A stretch of 64,000 nt of DNA from Candidatus Hecatella orcuttiae (GTDB lineage: Archaea > Thermoproteota > Bathyarchaeia > Hecatellales > Hecatellaceae): contig MTLY02000003.1 in assembly GCA_002011035.2 (NCBI GenBank), positions 288,001 through 352,000 on the forward strand, read 5' to 3'. This document shows positions 57,764-64,000 of this stretch, piece after piece; position 1 is the first letter of the stretch, and each line of letters begins with the position of its first letter. The notes under the pieces are model-generated. The model was not told where the DNA came from. It made no database searches and worked only from the letters and a program-made list of their open reading frames with translations. Made by a program: the position numbers and the translations under genes.

Positions 57764-58529
57764 GATCGCCCAGCATTTCCTAGCCAAACAGGGCATCCTA
57801 GCTGTGAGGAGGGTTAAAAAGTCTGACATGGAGAAGCTTTCAAGAGCCACAGGAGCCCGCATCGTCACCAACTTTGACGACCTGAAAAAGGAAGACTTGG
57901 GTACAGCTGAACTGGTGGAAGAGAGGAAGTTCGGAGACGACAAGATGGTCTTCGTGGAAGGCTGCAAGAACCCCAAGTCGGTAGGCGTCCTGATCCGCGG
58001 AGGCCTAGAGCGATTCGTCGACGAGGCTGAAAGAGCCGTTCACGACGCTCTTTCCGTGGTGGCCGATGTTTACGAGAACCCCAGGATCGTGGCGGGCGGA
58101 GGCTCTCTGGAGATGGAGTTGGCTAAACGTCTCAGGAGCTACGCAAGCAAAGTTGGCGGCCGGGAGCAGTTGGCTGTGGAAGCCTTCGCTGACTCCTTAG
58201 AGGCTATCCCCCGAACTCTGGCTGAAAACGCGGGAATGGACCCAATAGACATCCTAGTGGACCTAAGAGCCCAACACGACAAGCCTGAGGGCCTCTCCGT
58301 GGGAGTAGATGTGTTCTCTGGGAAAGCAGCTGACATGGAGAAGCTAAACGTCCTCGAGCCGGCGAAGGTTAAGGAGCAAGCCATCAAGAGCGCCGTGGAA
58401 GCAGCCTGCATGATCCTCCGCATCGACGACGTCATCGCAGCGGCTAAGACGAAGCCTCCTGAAACGAAAGGCGGCGGTCCAGGCGGTGGACCAGGAGGAC
58501 TGGGAGGCGGCGGAATGCCTCCGATGTGA
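56868..58529 (+). CDS. Thermosome (group II chaperonin) subunit, second paralogue
   Basis: Same motifs; Gly/Met/Pro-rich tail. Confidence 0.97.
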   Translation: MASAGSVPVLILKEGTGRTRGRNAQRNNIMAARIIGEVLKSTLGPRGMDKMLVDSLGDVTVTNDGATVLKEIDVQHPAAKMMVEAAKTQDTIAGDGTTTVVVLASELLKKAEELLDQNIHPTVVVGGYRKAAAQALEELGGIAKGVDIKDKEALKKVASTAIRSKSVALSKELVTNLAIEAVDLIAERRGDKWVADVEQIQITKKHGGSFTDTRLIKGIIVDKEVVHSGMPRRVEKAKIALLESPLEIEKTEFDAKINIETPEQMKSFMDEETRIFKEMVDKIAATGANVVFCQKGIDEIAQHFLAKQGILAVRRVKKSDMEKLSRATGARIVTNFDDLKKEDLGTAELVEERKFGDDKMVFVEGCKNPKSVGVLIRGGLERFVDEAERAVHDALSVVADVYENPRIVAGGGSLEMELAKRLRSYASKVGGREQLAVEAFADSLEAIPRTLAENAGMDPIDILVDLRAQHDKPEGLSVGVDVFSGKAADMEKLNVLEPAKVKEQAIKSAVEAACMILRIDDVIAAAKTKPPETKGGGPGGGPGGLGGGGMPPM

Positions 58530-58660
58530 CAAGGTAAGTCGCTGCTCTAAGTTCCCTTCACTTTCTTCATTTTTTATGAATATTCTAACCGGTTTTTTCC
58601 CTGTGAAGGTTTATAATTTCCAGCCGTCTTAGATAAGGAAGTCTTTTAGCCGGGGTCACT

Positions 58661-58829
58661 GCCGGGGTTCCGAGGCTGTGGGAAGACAGCCGTCGGGCCG
58701 AAGGCTGAGTGGACTAACCTGAAGGAGGGTAAGGGTTCAAAAGCGCGGGCCTTGAGTTGAACCGCTGGCAAAAGATAGCCCGTGAGCCTCCTGAGGCTCG
58801 CAAGGGTTCAAATCCCTTCCCCGGCGCCA
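58661..58829 (+). tRNA. tRNA-Ser(TGA) with three introns (~58669-58702, 58717-58740, 58757-58776)
   Basis: Spliced product GCCGGGGU-GGCUGAGUGGACUA-AAGCGCGGGC-CUUGAGA-GCCCG with long variable arm, T arm aaggg-ttcaaat-ccctt and GCCA; the 5' exon may instead start at 58649. Confidence 0.82.
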
Positions 58830-58933
58830 TTTCTTATGTGCAGCGCCCATTTTTCTTCCCCGCGGCGGGAGAGGCAATGCCTAAAATAGGCAGGGAGGAG
58901 AAATTAACCAAGCTAGGCTGAGGTGAGTTTGGG

Positions 58934-59137
58934 GTGGCGAGGGTCGACTGCTCAAACGTTGAGGTGAACTTGAAGAACTGCACATGCACCTACGAGCCTT
59001 GCGGTAGGAAGGGAGTTTGCTGCCAGTGTCTCCTCTATCATCGAGAAAAGGGCGAGTTACCGGGCTGTTTCTTTCCTCCTGAGGTTGAAAAAATCTACGA
59101 CAGGTCGATTCAAAGATTCCTATCCATCCACAAGTGA
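58934..59137 (+). CDS. Small Cys-rich protein (DUF6485-like)
   Basis: NCTCTYEPCGRKGVCCQCLLYH..LPGCFF..YDRS. Confidence 0.75.
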   Translation: MARVDCSNVEVNLKNCTCTYEPCGRKGVCCQCLLYHREKGELPGCFFPPEVEKIYDRSIQRFLSIHK

Positions 59138-59271
59138 GGGCTTCACACTTAGGACTTAACGAGTCAATGCTGAGGAGGTTTCGCGGCGTGGAGGAAAGGA
59201 TTTATCTACTCCCACCACCTCTTCTGTTTTGAGCTTGGCTAGCCGCGAAGAAAACAGTGAGGGTGTGAAAG

Positions 59272-59373
59272 GTGGAAAGCCGAAAGCGTCTATGCCCGGA
59301 CTACGGAAAACAGCGATGTCCCCTCTACAAGACGGATGGCATGATATACGACATGTGCATCATCTGCCGGTAG
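59272..59373 (+). CDS. Possible 33-aa Cys-rich microprotein
   Basis: Manual translation MESRKRLCPDYGKQRCPLYKTDGMIYDMCIICR; SD gagggtg upstream. Confidence 0.35.
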   Translation: MESRKRLCPDYGKQRCPLYKTDGMIYDMCIICR

Positions 59374-59440
59374 GGACTGGCTGAGCTGCGGCGAGACAGA
59401 GCCTATTTTAGGCTTAATTCAGCCTTTTTTGGCCTCCCGG

Positions 59441-60865
59441 TCAACTGGATTTTAATGCCACGGTTTCAACCCTGATGGTGTTGGTGGTGCCCACTCTGCT
59501 TTTGGGATCTCCGGAAACTAGGATAATGCGGCTAAGCCTTTTCGCATCACCCTTTTTCGCCAAGATTCTTTTAGCCTCCCGGAGGATGAGGTCGCTGTTC
59601 ATGGGTTCCTCCGCTAAATAGGGTTCTACCCCCCAAGATAGGAGGAGCCTCCGCTGTAGCGAAGGGTCTGCGGTGAAGACTAACAAAGGGTTGGGCGGTC
59701 TGTAGCGGGATATTCTGTAGGCGGTTGAGCCGGACCGGGTGGGGACCACGATGGCCGCAGCCTCCAAGCCTATTGCCAGCCGGCATGCGGTGTAGCTGAT
59801 CACATCTTCCGGTGTCCGTTTGGCCGAGGATTCGCGTTGGGCTAGGATCTCCCTGTAGGGAAGTTTTTTCTCCACGGTCTCAGCCACCCGGGCCATGACC
59901 TTAACAGCCTCCACCGGATAGTTTCCCACAGCGGTTTCCTCCGAAAGCATCAAAGCGTCGGTGCCATCGAAAACAGCGTTGGCTATATCGCTTACTTCCG
60001 CCCTTGTAGGCCGAGGATTCTGCACCATGGACATGAGCATTTGGGTTGCCGTTATAACCGGTCTACCGTGGAGGTTGCAGTCTCGGATCAACTGCTTCTG
60101 CAAGATGGGTATGTTTTCCACATCCATCTCCACCCCCAAGTCGCCGCGCGCAATCATGATGCCGTCAGATTCCCTAATGATCCTGCGGATATCTCTGAAG
60201 GCGGAGGCTCGCTCGATCTTGGCGATAACCCCTGCTTTACTCTTCCTCCGTTTGATAAGCTCTTTCGCGGCGATGATGTCCTTGGAGCTTTGAATAAATG
60301 AAAAGGCAACAAAATCCACTTCTTTTTCAAGCCCAAATTCCAGATGCTCCGCATCTTTCTCCGTAATAGGCGGCATCTTCACCATGAAACCGGGAATGTT
60401 CATCCCCTTACCTGAGTGCAAAGTCCCGCCTGTTGCAACTTTGCACGCTACATTTTTTTCGTCGGTGTCCACCACCTCCAACCTGATGGTTCCGTCAGCT
60501 AGGTAGATTTTATCTCCCTTCTTCACCTCCTGAGGGAGAGAGCTGTAATTCACGGAGACCCTATGGGAGTCCCCTTCAACCATCTCGGTGGTTAAGGTGA
60601 ACGTTGCCCCCTCCGTCAACCGGACGGAGCCTTCCTTGAAACGCCCAATCCTCAGCCTCGGGCCCGGTAGGTCTTGGATTATTCCTATGGGCGTATGTAA
60701 CTCGTGGGATATCCCCCTGATCAGCTCAATAACTCTTCCATGCTCCCGGTGGGTTCCGTGGGAGAAGTTTAGGCGGGCCAGCTTCATTCCTGCCTTAACA
60801 AGCTGCTTCAAAACCTTGTAGGAGGAGCTAGCCGGACCGATGGTGCACACGATCTTCGTCCGCAC
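59441..60865 (-). CDS. pyk: Pyruvate kinase
   Basis: TKIVCTIGPAS, RLNFSHG, AKIE, MIARGDLG, TRAEVSD, MLSEETA. Confidence 0.97.
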   Translation of the reverse strand: MRTKIVCTIGPASSSYKVLKQLVKAGMKLARLNFSHGTHREHGRVIELIRGISHELHTPIGIIQDLPGPRLRIGRFKEGSVRLTEGATFTLTTEMVEGDSHRVSVNYSSLPQEVKKGDKIYLADGTIRLEVVDTDEKNVACKVATGGTLHSGKGMNIPGFMVKMPPITEKDAEHLEFGLEKEVDFVAFSFIQSSKDIIAAKELIKRRKSKAGVIAKIERASAFRDIRRIIRESDGIMIARGDLGVEMDVENIPILQKQLIRDCNLHGRPVITATQMLMSMVQNPRPTRAEVSDIANAVFDGTDALMLSEETAVGNYPVEAVKVMARVAETVEKKLPYREILAQRESSAKRTPEDVISYTACRLAIGLEAAAIVVPTRSGSTAYRISRYRPPNPLLVFTADPSLQRRLLLSWGVEPYLAEEPMNSDLILREAKRILAKKGDAKRLSRIILVSGDPKSRVGTTNTIRVETVALKSS

Positions 60866-60868
60866 CCT

Positions 60869-62257
60869 TCAGCCCCCTTCAGAGGACACCCGCACAGCTA
60901 CGATGAGGTCGTTTACATTCGTCCCCGTAGGCCCCGTCATAATGGTATCTCCGAGTTTATCCAGAAAGCTGTGAGAATCATTGTTTTGCAGGTAAAAGTC
61001 CGCATCCAATCCAGCCTCCCTCGCCTGGCTTAGGGTGTAGCCGTCAACGATTCCTCCAGCAGCCTCAGTGTAGCCGTCAACGCCGTCGGTGTCCACGGCT
61101 GCGATGGCCAGACCCTTGACTCCTTCTATAAGTCTGCAAGCCGAAAGTACCAGCTCTTGGTTTCTCCCGCCTTTGCCCTCGCCTTTAACCTTCACGGTAG
61201 TTTCTCCTCCCAAAATTATTGACCTGTCTTTTGCCTCCGGCTTAGGCTTCAAATACTTTGCCATGGCAGCTATCACCCTGCCAGCTTCCCGTGCCTCGCC
61301 TTCGAGGAAAACGGTTAGAACCGAAGCTTCCACTCCTCTGGAGTTCAGGTATTCCGAAGCAGACCGGCATGCCAACTCATTGTTTCCGAGGATGAAATTG
61401 TGAACTTTCCGGAAGACCTCTTCACTTGGTTTGGGCGATTCAGGGATCAGGCCTCCGACCCCTTCTTCAAGAGTCTTGCGGACGGCTTCTGGGGCATTGT
61501 CCCAAAGCCTATACTTTTTTAACACGGCAACGGCGTCCCTGAAGGTGGTGGGATCAGGGGCGGTGGGCCCTGAGGCTATGGTTTCAAGGGAATCGCCCAC
61601 CACGTCGGAGATGATGAGCCCCACGGTTTCAGCCGGATAGATCCTCCCAGCCAGCCGGCCTCCCTTCACCTGGGAGAGATGTTTTCTCACGGTGTTAATC
61701 TCATGGATGGTGGCTCCGGATTTGAGGAGAGCTCGGGTGATGTCCTGTTTCTCTTCAAGGCTTACTCCTCCCGTGGGCGAAGCCATGAGCGCAGATCCCC
61801 CTCCGGAAATCAAGCAGAAGGCCAAGTCCCTTTCACCGAGCCTGTCCGCGAGCTCCAACATTTTAGACACAGCGTTCGGCGCCTCAACCGTGGGAATGGG
61901 ATGCCCGGCTTTCACCAGCCAGATGGGGCCTGTGCGGAACGCTCGCTCCTGATATTTTGGTGCCACGATAATTCCCTCGGTGAGCCTATCGCCTAAAACC
62001 TCATACAACGCTTCAGCCATGGCAGCTGAAGCCTTACCGCCGCCGAACACGTAGATCCCTTCAACCTCTTTCAAGTCGACGGAAAGATGGTCTATCCTGA
62101 GGAAGTCTCCTTCCAATTTCAGACGACCTCTGAGCAGATGTTGAGGGTTTACGGAAGCTAAAGCTGCCTCCATGGCTTCCAAAGCTAAACGGCGGGCTTC
62201 CGATTCCACTTTTTCCCTTTCAATGAGCTGTTTTTTGTTTCGTATGAAATCTGTCAA
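60869..62257 (-). CDS. gck: Glycerate 2-kinase (MOFRL family)
   Basis: GHPIP, LISGGGSAL, SDVVGD, GGETTV, GGRNQE, TGTNVND. Confidence 0.92.
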   Translation of the reverse strand: MTDFIRNKKQLIEREKVESEARRLALEAMEAALASVNPQHLLRGRLKLEGDFLRIDHLSVDLKEVEGIYVFGGGKASAAMAEALYEVLGDRLTEGIIVAPKYQERAFRTGPIWLVKAGHPIPTVEAPNAVSKMLELADRLGERDLAFCLISGGGSALMASPTGGVSLEEKQDITRALLKSGATIHEINTVRKHLSQVKGGRLAGRIYPAETVGLIISDVVGDSLETIASGPTAPDPTTFRDAVAVLKKYRLWDNAPEAVRKTLEEGVGGLIPESPKPSEEVFRKVHNFILGNNELACRSASEYLNSRGVEASVLTVFLEGEAREAGRVIAAMAKYLKPKPEAKDRSIILGGETTVKVKGEGKGGRNQELVLSACRLIEGVKGLAIAAVDTDGVDGYTEAAGGIVDGYTLSQAREAGLDADFYLQNNDSHSFLDKLGDTIMTGPTGTNVNDLIVAVRVSSEGG

Positions 62258-62350
62258 TACGCCTCACCCGATAACTTTCTCCGCAGCCATGCGGCCTTTG
62301 AAAGGCTCAGACGGACTGCCTTCAAACTGGTGGTGTGCGTGGAAATCTTT

Positions 62351-64000
62351 TCACCAGCGACGTTTGAAGGCTTCCAATTTCCCTCCATGAGTCCACCATT
62401 GAAGGGGAAGATAGAGGGTTGACTCCCTAGCGTAAACGTCTATCTGGGTTGTGCCACAGGAAGGACAGCGGTGCAGGTAGCCTCTGAAAGTTTTTTGACA
62501 TAGCCCGCAGTAGGTGAGAGGGAAATCGTAGGCGAAAAAGCTGAGGCCGAAGCTCTCGCAGAGGTTAACCGTTTGTTTAAGAAGCTTCTGAGGGGATCTT
62601 TCCTCTTCTAAGGTGACGGCGGTGAAATGGCCGCCTTTTAACAGCGGATGAAATCTCCCCTCAATCCTCAGCCTTTCATCTTGGGGGAGAGCTGATTCTT
62701 CTGGAAGGAGAGGAACATAGGTGTAGTAGGGGTGTTCTTTTCCACCTTGAACATTAACCATTTCCCAGCCGTACTTTTTCCCATCCAACTCTGCTAGGCG
62801 TGAGGAAGCTTCACTGCCTACGATCTGCGAAACAGCTAACCTTATCCCTTTTTCTTCGGAGATGGCGGCTGCGAGGTTGGCTATGTTTTCCACCAGCCGA
62901 ACGGCGAAATGTTGAGGCATAAGCTCCTCGTAGATGTCGTAGCCTACATGAACCCTCACAGCTTCGTTGAGACCTACTATGCCAATGGTCTTCACTGAAT
63001 TATTCAGCCTGTAATAGGCTTCGCCGCTTTCCACATGGGTTAGACTGGGCAGCAGTCCTTGCTTCATCCGGTCCTCTATTTCCTTTCCTTTTATCTCCAA
63101 AGCCTTAACTGCTGTTTTAACTGCTTTTTCCAAGTAGCTGAAAAACTTGGAGTCGTTTCCCTTAGCCTCATAAGCTATCCGGGGTAGGTTTAAGGCTACC
63201 GTGTTCAGGCATCCCGTCCGAAGCGTATCTACCTCCCAGTCGCCTGTCCACTCTCCTCCAATCCTCTCCCCGCTGGCCAGATAGCTGGAGTTTTCTTCTG
63301 GCTCCTTGGTTAAATTGGCTATGTAAATGGCGCCGTATTTGGCGGCTAGCTCATGGGCCTTAACCAAAATTTCCTCGCATTTTTTGCTGAAACTTCCAGC
63401 CCTGAGCTTTAACACCAGCCGAGGATTGAAGAGAGGTTTTCTTGAACTCAAATCCAAGGCTGCCTCCAGCAGGAGGCTCGCAAGAGTCTGAGCTTCTTCT
63501 TCGAAGCTTTGATATTCCTCCTTTCCGCCGCTTCGTCTGACAGCTGTCAGCGCCCTAAGACGTTTAGGGATGAAAACCTCTAAACCGAGAGTCACCCCTC
63601 CGCTTCCAAAGCTTTTGAATGCTACCCGGGTGAGAAAGCCCTTCAAAGCCGCTTGAGCTTCCGCCTTAGGGATTCCTCGAAGATGAGGTGCTAAGAATAT
63701 GTTGAAATAGTCGAAGGCTTGCTGTCCTGAAATTTCTCCCCCGAAGGCGTCTATCAACCCCTCAACCATCAGCAGGGAATCCGAGAAACTATCAGGAGGC
63801 GCAAGCGAAGGGGCAGCGTGACTTGTAGCTTTGAAGCCCCCGGCAAGAAAAGGTCTGAGGTCGTGGTAGATGCTCTGAGGCCTCAGCACCCAATAACCGG
63901 AATCGCTTAAGTGGATCTGGCCTGAAAGATGGGCGTCGGCTAGGTCCCTAGGAAGGACGTTGAGAAGCATGAACTCCGTCATAACTTGGCTCCCAGCCGC
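62351..64000 (-). CDS. Class III ribonucleotide reductase (NrdD)-like protein, apparently catalytically degenerate; 5' end lies outside the window
   Basis: DAHLSGQIHLSD, LNLPRIAY, TIGIVGLNE, PYYT, FHPLLKGGH, CGLC..CPSCG; glycyl-radical motif replaced by RESTLY. Confidence 0.8.
   Translation of the reverse strand, partial: AAGSQVMTEFMLLNVLPRDLADAHLSGQIHLSDSGYWVLRPQSIYHDLRPFLAGGFKATSHAAPSLAPPDSFSDSLLMVEGLIDAFGGEISGQQAFDYFNIFLAPHLRGIPKAEAQAALKGFLTRVAFKSFGSGGVTLGLEVFIPKRLRALTAVRRSGGKEEYQSFEEEAQTLASLLLEAALDLSSRKPLFNPRLVLKLRAGSFSKKCEEILVKAHELAAKYGAIYIANLTKEPEENSSYLASGERIGGEWTGDWEVDTLRTGCLNTVALNLPRIAYEAKGNDSKFFSYLEKAVKTAVKALEIKGKEIEDRMKQGLLPSLTHVESGEAYYRLNNSVKTIGIVGLNEAVRVHVGYDIYEELMPQHFAVRLVENIANLAAAISEEKGIRLAVSQIVGSEASSRLAELDGKKYGWEMVNVQGGKEHPYYTYVPLLPEESALPQDERLRIEGRFHPLLKGGHFTAVTLEEERSPQKLLKQTVNLCESFGLSFFAYDFPLTYCGLCQKTFRGYLHRCPSCGTTQIDVYARESTLYLPLQWWTHGGKLEAFKRRW

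Noticed and set aside
1-64000. CRISPR array, rRNA or IS transposase
   Set aside because: No regularly spaced repeats, rRNA-like sequence or transposase motifs were seen

Overview
Archaeal chromosomal window, probably Bathyarchaeia or a related TACK lineage. This is inferred from eS25, the Gar1-TFB pair, aRF1, two thermosome genes, MtaA, a Cren7-like domain and multi-intron tRNAs. Most genes are housekeeping (lysA, pyrH, pyrF, pdxST, archease-rtcB, trmI, cysH, pyk, glycerate kinase). The main accessory feature is a ~12.8 kb integrated element (10273-23098) bounded by a 21-bp direct repeat of the 5' end of an intron-containing tRNA-Pro(TGG). It encodes a tyrosine integrase, a Rad52-like annealase, a stand-alone TopoVI-A-like (Mini-A) protein, a helicase-like ATPase, a 1063-aa Pro/Arg-rich repeat protein and a fusellovirus B251-like ATPase, but no recognisable capsid, so it may be a viral satellite. 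Other notable items are a CetZ tubulin fused to a Cren7-like domain, an unidentified ~230-nt structured RNA, an NrdD homologue lacking its radical and catalytic residues, two tRNA-Ser genes with three introns each, a C/D box sRNA, a 236-bp identical tract between the thermosome paralogues, and a CDF transporter gene with an inverted middle segment. All family assignments come from motif recognition by eye, not database searches.
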